Below, piece after piece: positions 35,956-50,145 of a DNA stretch of 64,000 nucleotides. The DNA is taken from assembly GCA_951406725.2 (NCBI GenBank), contig OX597839.1, forward strand, positions 30,070,001 to 30,134,000. Reading direction: 5' to 3'. This DNA is from Octopus vulgaris. Its lineage: Eukaryota. The notes under the pieces are model-generated. The model ran no database searches and was not told where the DNA came from. It saw nothing but the letters and a program-made list of their open reading frames with translations. The position numbers were made by a program, and so were the translations under genes. How positions within the stretch are numbered: the first letter of the stretch is position 1; each line of letters begins with the position of its first letter.

Positions 35956-36074
35956 CGGCGATGCAAGCCGGAGCAATGAATCAACAACTCAACATAGCTG
36001 CAATGCAAGGCAGACCACCCTCTGCTAGCCCGAAGAGTCCTAGTGTTCTTTCTCCTAGCCCCACAGCTGGAGTA
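35956..36074 (+). CDS. ph: Polyhomeotic exon 2 (alternative in-frame acceptor giving start 35941)
   Basis: AAMQAGAMNQQLNIAAMQGRPPSASPKSPSVLSPSPTAGV; donor GTA|GTGAGT; GC-rich island in AT-rich intron. Confidence 0.78.
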
Positions 36075-37464
36075 GTGAGTATTTTTTTGGTTTTTGTTCT
36101 TCTTCGATAACTGCTGAAACTAACAAATCTCTATAAAATGCTTTTTTTTTATAAAATATTTTTTCATGTTTATGAAATGTTTGATTATTAAATTGTGTTG
36201 TCATAAATATTCTATTATTTTCAATTTCTTTTACAAACTATAAATGAAGTAAAAAAAAAAAGACCATTATTATTATGGTATGGCCAACAAGTGGAAGGAT
36301 TTTGCACTAAAGGAAGATCTATCCTTATATATACGGATAAGTTGAAATAGTTAAAATCCTTTCAGCTTAATTTAGCCTCTTGGGAAAGTTATTGTCTAAA
36401 TTGATCTGAGTGGTGTCAAATGTGTCACAATGCACCAAAGCAATTTGAGGTGAGAAAACAGAACAATACAAGAATAATATCATGCAATCAACAGACACAT
36501 TTGCTCAGTCCCAGGCAGAATCAAAATCATCATTGTCCCTATTGTGACTTCATAACAAAGTCCATACCTGGACTCTAATTACATTCATGCATCCCTAGCA
36601 AATAGATGGATGTGTGGCACTAGAGCCATCAGGAGTAGCTGAGGCTTTTCTGACACAACTTTTTACATCCTGTGCAGGTAATGTTCTTTCCCGGAGTATA
36701 TGAAGGAGTTTACAGATTTTAGAGGAGGGTATATTTTTGTGTTATTTCAAGCTATTTTGATTGTTGAAGATATGTTCAGTGTCTGAGAGATTGACATGAT
36801 GACAAACATCATCTGGCACTTTTTCTATAGAAGATTGGTTGCTACTGGGACAGTGTTGAGAACAAGTGTGATATCATCATCCTAATTTATGACTGGGTGA
36901 TGAGAGGAGGGGGATTTTGTTAGAGTGAAGCTCTTACCACTTCTTCTTATGCCAAGGAAACACTCTTGTATTCATCCTGTCTACTCATTCCTAGAACCTC
37001 CAAACTTGCTACAAATGATAGACTTCACAATCTGATGATCAATCATGGCAAAAGCTTCAACGCAAACACTATGATTCCTCTTTAGGACTAGAAACTATCA
37101 GAATTTTGATCAATCAATGACTATTTTGATTAATTGATGACAATGCACAAAGTTTACGAAAGATTTAGAGTAAGATTGCTTAAATATATGAAGTGGCTTT
37201 CATTTTGCATCAATGCTAAAAAATAATATATTTTGATTGTATCTTAAATGATATTCTTTTTGAATAGAATTGTATTTATGAGCCATTTTTTATTTCATAG
37301 AGATTATACTTTATTTATATTGATAATGGCTTTAAGAAAACATGAACACAATTTTTTTGTGTTTTCCTGTCTTTCTGTCAATTCAAAACTAAATATTCCT
37401 TTATGTTGACAAAATTAAATAAAAAAAAAATTTATTAATTCTTTTTGTTAATGTGAGTTTATTT

Positions 37465-39257
37465 ATAATAATAATGAAATTATTGTATACAGTGCTCAGG
37501 TGCACCACAACTTGCCAGAAAGTGCGTATAAAGTATATGCAGTAATGTACAAATGTCTGGAAAGCGAACAGTGTATGAGTCAGATACATGCTTGTGTGTG
37601 TATGGAGGGGAGGAAATCAGGTGTAGTGTTGGCGAATCTCAGAAAGCATGGAAGTTTTGAAGGATACAGTGCTCCAACAACTAACAACTGATGCCGGCAG
37701 TTTGTTCCATGCTTCAGCAACTCTCAGCGTGAAAAAAAGTTTCCGAAAGTCATGGGAGCTGTGCTGTTTTCTGACTTTGTAAATATGTTCACGGGTGTTA
37801 GACAGGTGGAGTTTGAAAAGGTGCTCAGAGTTATTGTTAGTAAGATGGTTGATAATTTTATGGGCAGTCTGCCAATTCAACTGCCAGACGTCGGAGTTTC
37901 AATGTGTCCATGCCCAGGGAAGTAAGGCGTTCAGAATATGGCAAATGCCTGATGGAGGGTATTCTTTTGGTTGCACGTCACTGAACGGCTTCCAGATGAT
38001 TGATATCCTGGGCATGATAGGGGTTCCAGACCAGTGATGCAAATTCCAGGTGAGGTCTTACCATAGCTATATAAAGCTGCAGATAGATAGTAGGAGAGCG
38101 GCTCACAAAGGACTTGATGAGAGATGCCAAGACACTCTCAGCCTTCTTGACAATTTTAGCGATGTGTTTTTTCCAACTCAAATCACTGTCGACAATAACA
38201 CCCAGGTCATGTTCACACAAAGACTTTTTGAGATTAGCGTTGTGGAGGGAGTAGGTGGACACTGGGTTTCTCCCAAAATGCATGGTGGTACATTTGTCCA
38301 CAGCCAGCTTGAGTTGCCAGTCCATGATCCACTGCTGCATTGTGTCCAGGTCTGCTTGCAATAGAGATCTATAGTGTACAGGATCTGACCTCTTTATTTT
38401 GAGGTACAGCTTGATGTCATCTGCATATTTCAGCACTGTAGCATTCTTTAAGTTGGCATCTTTGTCATTAACATATGCAACAAATAAAAGGGGACAAGAA
38501 CAGATCCCTGTGGTACACCAGATGTCATCTCATAGGGCGAAGAGTGCTGTCCTAGAACTGTGACAACCTCTTTTCGGCCGAAAATAAAGGACTTCAACCA
38601 GTTATGAGTTTGTCTCTTACGCCCAACGCAGAGAGTTTCACCATAAGTCTTTTGTGTGGCACAGAGTTAAAAGCCTTAGCAAAGTCCAGGTAAACAACAT
38701 CCACCCAGGATCCGTGATCAGTGATTTGGGTAATGTCCTCAAGAAACTTGATGAGTTGATTACAGCAGCTGGAGTTAGGAATAAATCCAAATTGTGACGG
38801 CTGGATGAGGCTGTGAGACTTCCAGAAGTTCCAGAGGGTTTCCCTGATACAGGATTCCATCAGTTTGGCGATACAGCTAGTAAGACTAACGGGGCGATAG
38901 TTGACAGGCGATGTGCGGTCACCTTTTTTGAACAGAGGGATAACACTGGCAGTTTTCCACTGCTCTGGAGTAACACCATTGTCAAGACAGAATTGGAAGA
39001 ATAGAGAAAGTTGGCTTAGAAGAAAGTACCCACCGCGTTTGAGAAGTAGGTATGTAACACCATCGAGACCAGGAGAGGCATAGTTGCGTTTATTCTTAAG
39101 GTGGCGTTGTAGCATTGCTGGTGTAAATTGCATAGTAGATATAGATTCCGATATCAGTGGTGATGAAGATGGAACATTTTGGTCTTCGATAGTAAAGATG
39201 CCGGCATAGCATCCAGCAATGATTTTTGCACATTCTTTGGGATTGCCAGTAATCTGT
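37465..39257 (-). mobile_element. 5'-truncated CR1/L2-clade LINE (RT domain), frameshifted
   Basis: SPGLDGV, NYRPVSLTSCIAKLME, YLDFAKAFNSVPH, GVPQGSV, YADD, RPHLEFA, FFTLRVAEAWNKLP; (TTA)n-type tail. Confidence 0.92.
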
Positions 39258-41058
39258 CAAAAGAATTTTTTAAACCCACATTTTATTGATTTAAAAACTA
39301 AAAAATGTTCATATTCTTCAGGGATTGAGAAAAATTCAAATGACTTTACCTGTTTCCTAAATCTCTTGCAATTGTTTTCCGTTCCTTCGTAGAATAACAT
39401 TTCATACCTTTTGTGTGTGTAAACAAATATGTCAGTCCTTGGACCCTGTTCTTACAGGGAGATATTTACTTCTATTTGATATAGAAACATTGGTAGTTTG
39501 AGTGAAAAGGAAACTTGAATAGCTACAGAAATCTGTAAATAAGTCACTCTTCAGTAATTTGTTTTCTTTAGTATCTTTAGATCATATTTAGAAAAGCCAA
39601 ATATCTCGTAATGAGTAGACTGTACAGTTGATTGAAACAAGAATATAATAGTACAGTTGACTGAATCAGCCCTATTGGTATCTGCTTTTACCAATTTAAA
39701 ATGATGAAAGACAAAATATTGATGGTGTGTGGCCTGCATTATTTGAAGTTGTCTGGCTATGTCACTAATATCAGAGGCAGGATACCAATATATTAAAAGC
39801 TGCTGTAATATGGAATACATACAAACACACACGTAAGGAATGTTGGTGCTAATTACTATGTGAGCTCAACTAATTGGATATACCTAACTGTAGTGAAAGT
39901 GAGTTATCCAACAGATCCACAATACAAAGGACATGAAAAAAGAAATGACAACTGAGGAATAATTTAGAAATCTTACTTCATTGTTCCTAAAGTTATTGGG
40001 CTGGTTGTGCTTCATAAGTACAGATTTACAAAATGTTTAATCTGCAGACGAAATTGTCAAAATATGGAAAATGTTTCAAAAAATCAATTCTTGAAAAGGA
40101 ACAAAAGAAACGAAAGCTTTCTACACACTTAGACTGCACCTCCTTATCCAGAACAGTAAGCTATATAATATATTAATAGTTTGAAAAGTTTTTTTGTTTT
40201 TTTTTAATTATGACAACAATCCTAATAATGAAATTGAACAAATATGATCTGCAATAGTTCTAGAACCCTCCATTGCTGCCCAGAAGATTGTAATGAATAC
40301 CAAACTTCTACTACAACTTTCAGGACTCTAAAAATTTCTTTCCTTTTTCTTAAATCAGTTTTCATGTCTTTGCTCGTAGATTTGTAGATTTGATTTGCTC
40401 TAATTTTGCTCTTCTCTGTTTGTTTTTAATTGTGAATCCCTGGCTTTTTTGTTGTGGACTTAACATTTGAAGGAATGAAAGATAAAATTGATCTTGGTTG
40501 GCTTTCAGCTTGGAATGCAGCAGCTACTTCAGTAAAAATGATGTTCTCTTCTTAGAATTTGTGTTATCAGTTTACATAAAAGGTGATGACACAGTAAAGT
40601 GCTGGACTGGGTCCTTTTTTTTTCTTTCTTTTACTGCTGTCAGTTATTGGACTGTAACCATGCTGGGCTGATGCCATCAGGGTTTAATCAAATATATCGC
40701 CCCTAGCTATTTTGCTTTATTGAATAATTGTTCTCTCTTTCAGTGGTGGAGGCTTCTTCACCTTTGAGCAAATTACAAGATAACCTCACGGGTACTTGTG
40801 CCACTAAAAGAAATGCACCTGGTACTTTTTATAAAATGGTTGATGTTGGGAAGGGCATCCAGTCATTGAAATGAAGCCAAAACTGAGACACCTGAGCACT
40901 ACATGGTCCACTGACCCAACAGATTCGGTTAAGCAATTCAACCCCTGCCAGCATGAAATTATGACCCTGATTTCACCTATTAAAATATATCTGTTTTGGG
41001 AGTTATCTATTCTGAAGGAGTAAATACTACAAGGAACACACAAGTAAATACAACCAAA

Positions 41059-41095
<37 letters not shown>

Positions 41096-42269
41096 TTATA
41101 ATAATGTTCACAGTTACCTTTAAGTTTCTCCCATGCTAACTTATTCAAGTTGTTGGGTCTTTGTTCAGTTATACACATCTCTCTCTCTCTCTGTATAAAC
41201 ACACACACACACACACGTTATGTTTTAGTCTTCTGCAAGGTATATCATCACTCCTGGACAAAAGCTTCAGCATCTTCTCTCTATCTACTGCAGTTTCATT
41301 TTTTCTCATCCATGTTTTGGTGCCAAAATATTTAACAAAGTCTTCCCCTCCAACTTCTGCATGGTCTTCCCCTCCTCCTTTTTTGTCGATGTTGTGTTCA
41401 CTCTGTCAATTTGTCCACCTATTGTCCTTTCTTCTGAATATGTTCCTGCAAAAGACCTCCCACTGCACACATCCTCTCTCTACTTCTGGTTTGTCTATAG
41501 GCTTACTTACACCGCCGTTCTCCACCTTTCTTGTACTGCTACTTATTACTGCTTCTTTCTAACTAAGCCACTTCTCTATTCTTCGACCCCCCCCCCCCCC
41601 TACTGATATTTACCATTGACTCCCCCCCCATCTTCATCCTAATTCATCATTCACTGCACTCACCTCTTCCTCCATCTCTAATCATTTCTCACTCTACTCT
41701 CACCCTTTCTGATTCTCTCCTTGTATTTTGACAGTCTGCCCTCACACCTCATCACCACCTTCTTTATCTTCATTTCAGCTATTTCCACCCACTTCCATAT
41801 TATGTACTATTGCCAAATATCTCTTCCGTAGCAAAACAGCTCTGCTTGTCCCTCTCAGCATCTGGCCAACTCCCTCTACACTGCACACCTAGTTTTATCA
41901 AGAGGACTAGCCACAGCTTTATGAATGGATTGGGTAAATGGAAACTGGAAGAAGCCCACTGTATAGGTGTATATATATATGTGTGTGTGTGTCCGTGTCC
42001 TTGCCTTGATATCATGGAATAGCTATAAATGTGAGTTGCTCTCATACAAGTGGAGTCCCCAGTTTTCACTCATCCATGAAAACACGCAGGTATGTAGAAA
42101 TATTTCCTTACAAAACAGTCAGGATTGGCAATAGGAAGGGCATCCAGCCATAGAAAATCTGTCTGGCCCATTCCATCATGCAAAAGTCGCTGTTAAAATA
42201 TGTATACACACACATTTATACAATATTTTGTCTATATTTGCTATATATAAAACGTTTGCCACAATATCA

Positions 42270-42590
42270 AACAACCCATTAGATCGTATTGTACACCACC
42301 GTTCACAGTGCGCTTCCAATTCTGTGTCTTGATTGCACCATTCTTTTCCATGTTGACCCAATTTTTTTTAACTAAATCATCTTCCCTTCATTGTGGAGGC
42401 CTTCCACCATAGCCTTTGCAACTTCTTGGATATCACTAAGCAACTGCACAAGTCCACCTCTTCTCTGTGAGCCTTGCAATATGTCTCACCCAGAGAAACT
42501 TGTGCTTCCAGTATTCTGCAATCACTCCACTCCATTCTTCAATTATCTCATTTTGAATATGCTCCCGTAACGATATCCCTAGCATGGTGT
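42270..42590 (-). mobile_element. RTE 3' fragment
   Basis: MLGISLREHIQNEII...YWKHKFLWVRHIARLTEKRWT, collinear. Confidence 0.7.
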
Positions 42591-43014
42591 GTGTGTGTAG
42601 CCCTGGACTGACCGAAGTCTTATGAGAGGATCTGGTAGAGGAAAACTTTATAGAAATACTTTAAAATTTTGCAATATAGAAGCTATTTTGCATGTCTTCT
42701 GCATGTTTGGCATGTGCAACAGCATTTTATATGACTTGGCTTTATTGATGAATGAAACTATTATTTTTATTGATTTGTTTTGTTACTTATTGATAAAATG
42801 GCTGAGAAAAACCAGCCAGTGCATTTATGTTATTGAGTTCTTCTTTAGATTCTAATGTGAAGTCTGTCTTAAAAATGATATGAATATGTTAAAGAGACAT
42901 TTTGATCTCAATAGTCTGAACTGGTCATTTTATGGTGTTGGTGTTCAATGACGTTACTGCAGCAACAGTAATACTTCTACAGAAGGTGACAATGAAATTA
43001 AAAGGAAATAAATT

Positions 43015-43405
43015 GTGTGGTAAGAAGCTTGTTTCCTAACCACATGGTTCTGGGTTCAGCCTCACTGTGTGCCACTTTAGACAAGTGTCTTCTGCTATAG
43101 CCTCAGGCCAACCAAAGCCTTGTCAGTGGATTTGGTAGGTGGAAACTGAAAGAAGCCCATTGTGTGTGTGTGTCTTTATGTTTGTCCCGCCACCACTTGA
43201 CAACTGATGTTACATCCCTGTAACTTAGCGGTTCAGTAAAAGTGAAAAAAAAAGAAGATATTGGGTCAATTCATTTAATTGAAAATTTTTTCAAAGTGGT
43301 ACCCCAGCATGGTTGCAGTCTAATGACTGAAACAAAAGGATAACAATCAGGCACAGCTCCAGCATGGCTGCAGTCCTATAACTAAAACCACTAAAGGAAT
43401 AAAAG
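43015..43405 (+). mobile_element. tRNA-derived SINE
   Basis: Same family as 4390-4770 and 20161-20540. Confidence 0.7.
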
Positions 43406-44629
43406 AAAGAAAACCACTGAACATATGTAGTATGTTTAAAAAAGCATTAATAGTTGGTTGTCTTCAGTAAATGCCTTGATTAGGGTTTATCTAAAAGACA
43501 GCTCTTGTCATCCTACTATGCAAGATTGTGTAAAATTATTCCCCTCGAACTGACTGGATCGTTTTGGTCTCAGTTTAACTCTTCCTATGATAGGCAGACA
43601 GACTGAGGTTTTGAGTGCTAATCACCTTTGTCAAGCACGTGTTTTTGACCTCCCCAGCTCTTGTCTCCTAGATTTATGTTGTCTCATTTGTAGTCTGTAT
43701 ATTAGGTCATATTGTTTGATATCTTCATTTATATTATTTCAAATATAAATGTTGATTATTTTTGCTTTTTTAAGTGTTATTTTTGTATATCAGTATTACT
43801 ACTAAATAAAGCATGGGAAATTTATCTGTAAATAATGGATTCAATGTAAAAACTACACTTTTGTGTTTGTGAATGTGTATCTGTTTAAATTAGAGCTGCA
43901 TGATGATGTTATATATAACAACAGCAAGATATTGTTAAATTTTTGAGCAGATATTATTGTAGGGACATTGTCTACTATTTTGCACGTTTTCTTTCCCCTA
44001 ATATTTGTAAATTCACTATTGTGTAAATGTTATTTCTGAAGTATATAGAATATTAAAAGTATTATAAAAAATATCTTCTTCTATTAGATTAGGCCTGTGC
44101 AACATAAAAGAAAAAAGATGAAAGAATGTAAAATAGTAAAAAAAGATATTGGCCTTGTGTTTTGTTAACAGCTGTCATTGAGTAGCTTTAGTTGCCTGTT
44201 TTGTTTATTAATTAGTTGTGTACAGTTATATTTATATATTTTACAATATCATGAAATTACTAAGAAAAGATCGTGGCAGATTTTGTGGGTGGGTGTAAGA
44301 ATTTCTGTTTTATTGGTCCTGTGCATACCAACCTGGCTGAAACTGCCTCTGGCTCTCTGGTACAAATGTCTTGTTTTCAAAAGTTCTGAATTAAAATCTT
44401 CCACCAAACCTTAGTTACAATTTATGTTCCTAACACTAGCTTAATGATAACTAAAATATTTTACTAAATCCTTTGTTATATTTTAAATTAATTGAAAGAA
44501 ACACAGAGCATCTCAACAGAAATATGGTAACAAAAGGGTTAAGTTTATTTTAAAGGGTGGGTTGTGAAACATTATTTCCTAATTTGATATGTTTATTAAT
44601 GATTTTATTTTTTTATTCTTTCTTTTCAG

Positions 44630-44825
44630 ACCTGTGTGGCCTCTGTTCAGTCTTCTGCATCATCAACCGTATCATCTAGCTGTGCAAATGGAAAAGCAGG
44701 CAACAATGGAAGTAAAGGGCTTGTCTCACAGGCTGGAAGTAGCCAGGGCCAAGCTACTCCTCACATTGGTGGTAAACCTGTTTTCTCCACTCAAGCAGTT
44801 CCATCCTTATTGGTTGGACAGATAG
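44630..44825 (+). CDS. ph: Polyhomeotic exon 3
   Basis: ttcttttcag|ACC; TCVASVQSSASSTVSS...VPSLLVGQI(G); donor AG|GTAAGC. Confidence 0.85.
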
Positions 44826-45299
44826 GTAAGCACTTAGATTCTCTTTGATTAAAACATTTTATTTTATGGATTTCTTTTCCACCGATAACATTGTTCTAGA
44901 TCGATGTTAGTCTTCAGCTGCTGGTCATTCCTTATGGAGACCATTGAGCAAAGCTATTATTGCTACGACTTTTTTTTTCTTCAGACATGGTGTATCTAAG
45001 ACTACCTCATCCACTGTAAACTGTTTAAAATGATAGGGAGATTTGGCTGCTACTTTTAGTCGGATGAGTAACTGTGTAGAAGCTCTTACATTGGTTCAAA
45101 GTTCTAGAAGTTTCCAATGTGTGTGAAGTACAATCTGGTTTAAAGTACATGATCAAAAGTTCAAACCCTGCTTGAGCTATCAGTATACAAACTGTTCTAA
45201 ATTTGCAAAACCTATCTTTTATGTGTTATATAAAAACAAAAAGCAAAACAAAAATGGATGTAAATATTCCTAAACATTTCAATTTGAAAAAAGTATGAA

Positions 45300-45465
45300 A
45301 AATATGGTTTCATTTAATCTTTCCAATTGGAAAATGTGGAAATCATTGATGGCAGAAAGAGAGTAGAGGGTCAAAAGTGAACTTTGGGAAACACCAGAGT
45401 TGATAGAAAATGGAACAGAAAGAGATCCATCAACACTTGGTGCGATGTAATAGGAAGTTGTCAAT
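45300..45465 (-). mobile_element. Degenerate LINE RT fragment
   Basis: VDGSLSVPFSINSGVSQSSLL...IND (GVPQGS-like motif). Confidence 0.55.
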
Positions 45466-46947
45466 CTAAAAGACAGGGGATTGCATGCCGAGAAAATTCA
45501 CCGTAAATATTTTTACTGTAAGAAAATTTGCCATCGGAAAATTCAGTGTCAGGTATATTCACCATGATAAAGAGTTTTATATCAGCAATTTTTAAAATGA
45601 AAGAAAAAGAGTGGTAAAATGTTTTAAAAACGTGTTAAATAGGGCTTCTGTTCAGTTTCCATCTACCAAATCCACTGAAAAGGCTTTGGTTGACATGAGA
45701 CTATAAAAAGTGATCCAAGGTGCCACACAGTGAAACCAGCCATGCCTGTACCTTTATATTATGTTTCAAACCTAAACATATCTCCTTGTTTTATCACGAC
45801 AGTTGTATCATTTTTTTAAACAGAGCAGAAATAATTTGACATCCAAAACCAAAATGTTTTTTTTTTTCTAATAATGTTTTATCGATATTAACAATTTTGA
45901 TGAAACTTCTTTGTCAACTTTTTCTGATGAACACTGCTGGAACTCTTTTTTTCACACAAATCCTTAAAATATTTCCCCCAAGCTTAAATTAGTGACCACA
46001 GTGTTTTAAGGCCTGGTGCTCCCTAGTTTCTGTTGGTCTACACTGAAAAATCTTTTGAAGTAATGATTTCTAAAAGATGCAGAAGGCCACACACTTCAGA
46101 ATACGTAGAGTGAAATATATTGGCCTTAATATTTGACTAATCTATATTTTAACAACCTCCGAAAAATGAAAGGCACAGTGGCTCTCAGGAGGATTATTAA
46201 AGGATAACTTTAGCAAATGCAAGTCAACTTTTCAATGTTTTTGAATGAGTAAAATGAAAGCTGTGGAGATGATAGAATTAACATTATAGTATCAATTCAG
46301 TCAGTTGTAGCATATCTCTTTTGCTAATCAAAATCACCCCTTATTACAAAATGAAAATGTGAGAGTGTTCTTCAAAGATGAATTTTATTTGGTTTTGAAG
46401 ATTAATAGATATCAACATTGGAAACTCAATTATGTTTAGTTCAGCTTGTAAGCAAGCCTCTGACAGATGTGAGAATTCTCTCCCTCATCCTTAAGGGATT
46501 TTTCCTCAATATGAATTCAGCTTTGCATACACATGAAACACGCTTCGGTGCTTCCAACGATGAGCTTTCCTTTTATGTAAACTAGGCATCACACAGTTCA
46601 CTGTATGGGGCTTACTTTACATAAAAGAAAGAATATGTATATTCTGTGCACTTTCTTTATTCCTCAACTTCAAATTCCACCTTCTAGTCCTGCCCAGTAT
46701 TTATGTAGAAAATGATTGTCTCCCTTACATTGACTGACTCACACAGTAGGTTTGACGAAAAGATTATTTTCACAAAAATTTCTTATCGTTTTTGTAACAT
46801 TGATATAACAGTTGGTGCTACCAGAAATTGGAACCAAAGTGTTAATAATGTATTTCTACCACATGTGTATCTCTAATTAATTTTGCCACAGCCTTTCTGG
46901 TTATAATGACTTAACATATCCCTGTTTGAATTTTTGTCTAAATTACT

Positions 46948-47335
46948 TTTTTTGGAAGCACTACGTCGGTTACGACGACGAGGGTTCTGGTTGATCCGAT
47001 CAACGGAACAGCCTGCTCGTGAAATTAACGTGTAAGTGGCTGAGCACTCCACAGACACGTGTACCCTTAACGTAGTTCTCGGGGATATTCAGCGTGACAC
47101 AGAGAGTGACAAGGCCGGCCCTTTGAAATACAGGTACAACAAAAACAGGAAGTAAGAGTGAGAGAAAGTTGTGGTGAAAGAGTACAGCAGGGATCACCAC
47201 CATCCCTGCCGGAGCCTCGTGGAGCTTTAGGTGTTTTCACTCTATAAACACTCACAACGCCCGGTCTGGGAATCGAAACCGCGATCCTACGACCGCGAGT
47301 CCGCTGCCCTAACCACTGGGCCATTGCGCCTCCAC
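46948..47335 (-). mobile_element. Young full-length tRNA-derived SINE with 12-bp TSD
   Basis: TSD GTCTAAATTACT at 46936-46947 and 47336-47347; A box TGGCCCAGTGG, B box GGTTTCGATTCC; CpGs intact; short A tail. Confidence 0.92.
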
Positions 47336-47433
47336 GTCTAAATTACTAGCTTTTGTGACAGAACCTGTACAAATGTTTTCTTGCATAAAATCTGTTAAAT
47401 ATTACTAAATTTTGTAATAATTTCTTTTTCCAG

Positions 47434-47483
47434 GTGTTTTACCTGGCCAAGGACCTTCTGGCAATCCAGCTTTTGTCTCACAG
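47434..47483 (+). CDS. ph: Polyhomeotic exon 4 (50 nt)
   Basis: tttttccag|GT...CAG|gtaaat; (G)VLPGQGPSGNPAFVSQ; bridges phase 1 to phase 0 as required. Confidence 0.8.
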
Positions 47484-49116
47484 GTAAATATCTCTGTTCT
47501 ATATATGTCTTGAAAGCTTTATATGTTGTTAATTTCTGGCATTATTAAATTTTAATTATTTAAAATAAAATTTCTATTTAGTCATTGAATTTTTTTTCAT
47601 TGGAAAAAGAAATCAGTTTTTTTTTTCCCGACATTTGTAGAAACTCAGTGGATAAGGTAATTGAGAGATTGATATTCACTTGAAGTGTTTTGCTATGTTT
47701 GGACAGAATTGTTATTACAATATTTATAAAATCATCCAAATAACAACTTAATAGGCACTTCCAAATTAATAAAATTTGATTATTTAATTGTGTTGAAATT
47801 AAGGTAAAATTTTCGAAAGAAAAATTCATCATTTTGTTATTGTGACTCTTGTTGAATATATAACATTGTTTTTGTTGTACAGAGAACGTTTATATCATTG
47901 CCAAAAGCAACCATATCAGTTAGAGAAATGTATGAAAACATTATAAAGAGCAGATGAGCCATGACCATATGATTCAAACCCAGCGTATGGCTACTTGGGC
48001 AAATATCTTCTCCCAAAGCTTTAGGTCAACCAAAGCCTTGTCAAAAATTTAGTGTGTTGAAACAGGTCTTATATATAGTCTTGTATAACCTCATGTATTC
48101 TCATCTAAAATGAAGACAAGTACTGACACTTGTTTTCATATTGCACACTTGAACAGTTGCGAAGCTCTCTTCATGTGAAACCATTGGTTGCCTTGTTAAC
48201 CCCACAAACAAAGTATGTGTCTACTCAGTAGATGGCAGTATTGGGTAGAATGCAGAACTTTGTTATGTCTCTCAATTTGAATCCCATCCAAGTCAGCTTT
48301 CCCTTAACTCTCCTGGAGTAGATATAATCAGCTAAAACTCTTAAAGACAATTCTTTAACAGGTTGCAGTCAAATGACTGAAAGTAGTAGAGACTAAAAGA
48401 GTCTTTTGATAGTTTGTCTTTTATTTTGTCTATTCTGTTTAGACTTTACTCTTTTCTGAAAACTAAAACAGTTTTGTTTTATTTATTTTTTTCTTCCAAG
48501 TCCCTCATAAGTTTCTGTGGATAACTAGAAAACTGTGGAACTCTCCATGGAAAAGGTTATTAGACCACGGAACACAAATCTCTTATTCTGATTTGAGTGA
48601 CATTTTACAGTTGATAGGGCGTGTGATTTCCAAAGACCTAACAATTCATATCTTATTACAGGTATTCCGAAGTGTCCATCATCAACATGCTTAACATTTT
48701 GCTCTTGCTTTAGAATCTTCCAGAGCCAGCAATAGCAAAACGTATTTAATGAGTATTTCATTAGTTTGAGTAGGGTAGGAGCACGAGTTTTAAAACTTTT
48801 CTGGGCCTCTGAAAGCAGTAACAGAAACCATTCCCAGTTATTCATTCATGAACAGTGTTAAAGATTTATGTTTCTGTAACATATTATTAATGTTTTGTAA
48901 GATAACAGGGCAACACCGTTTGTAGGATATGTAGGGAGGAAGGCGAGGAAAAAATGGAATAAAATAAAACAGGATAAGATACAACAAAGTGGGGAAATGA
49001 AATAAAATAAAATAAAGTGAAACAATAAAGGTAGTAGAGTTTAATTTTCTGTAATTGGCCGATGGTTTATGAAAATTTTTTCTCTTTATTGATGCTTTTT
49101 TTCTTAACCTTTCCAG

Positions 49117-50145
49117 TCCAAAAATCAGTCAGCTTGTCACACTGTTGTTTCACAGCCTCAGCTGATCAATTCCCAATCACCTCTTCGCATGAACAGTCAG
49201 TCTCAACTTGTAACCAGTGGTGGCCAAATTTTTGCATCTCAACCAATGCTTACAAATCCAGCAATGCTGCAAGCTATGGCCAGCTTACAGCAGGGTATCC
49301 CTCTTGCAGCCCACCAACCCTTACTTGCAACTCAATCGCCAACTATTTTGGCTGGTCAGCCTCTCTATATTCGTACTGCTACACCACTTCAACAGCAACC
49401 GTCTATGGTTGCTGCAGCCACTGCAATCCCAACTGGGATGCAGCCTGTTAACTCATCGAAAACTGCCAAACTCATTGACATGACAACTGGTCTGCAAGCT
49501 AAAACTGTTGGTGTCCCCACAAAAACAACAAATCAAGGCAATAAAGGACTTTCAACAATTTTACCTTCAACATCAAAAGGGTCAAACACTGCAAAAATAC
49601 ACCCAACAAATATATCTATGCAACCAAATTCTGGTCCGAAACTCAATATTCCGACCATCACACCAAAGCAAACTACAAAAGTGCGTACAAAAAAAAGCAA
49701 CCCTTTGTCAACAGGGTCCCAAACAAAGCCCAGCATGCCTACTAGTCTCTCCAAACCAACTACCCCCACCAGCCAGACAAATGGTGCCACTAGTCTGCCA
49801 AAGAGTCAATCAGACTCTGAAGTTGAAACAGGGCGCAAGACAATAGCCATGATGGAAAGCACTTCAGAGAAGAAAACCCTCACAGAATCCACTTCAAAGC
49901 AGTCAACATCTGAGCAAAAGCAAGAGAAAAGAGCCCAGGTCGATGCTCCACAGCCTCCAACAACCACCCAAGAAACCAGGCAGGTTGAATCAATGGATGT
50001 TTCTTCTGGGAAACCACAACATCCTGCACCAAATATGCTGGACAATTCTGTTGTAGTTGAGAAACAGAAGGCTATTGTCAAACCTCATATATTAACTCAT
50101 GTTATTGAAGGCTTTATTATCCACGAAGGTCCAGAACCATTTCCG
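49117..50145 (+). CDS. ph: Polyhomeotic large exon (Q/S/T/P-rich region plus HD1 domain)
   Basis: 1029-nt open exon, ctttccag|TCC to CCG|GTGAGT; ends QKAIVKPHILTHVIEGFIIHEGPEPFP. Confidence 0.93.

Noticed and set aside
37400-39290. Target-site duplication around the CR1/L2 element
   Set aside because: No convincing direct repeat found at the two ends
47260-47335. tRNA-like sequence with A/B boxes
   Set aside because: Continues into a ~300-bp SINE body with a TSD and has degenerate copies elsewhere; SINE head, not a tRNA gene
49533-50081. Minus-strand ORFs opposite the large ph exon
   Set aside because: Antisense shadows of a coding exon with no recognisable motifs
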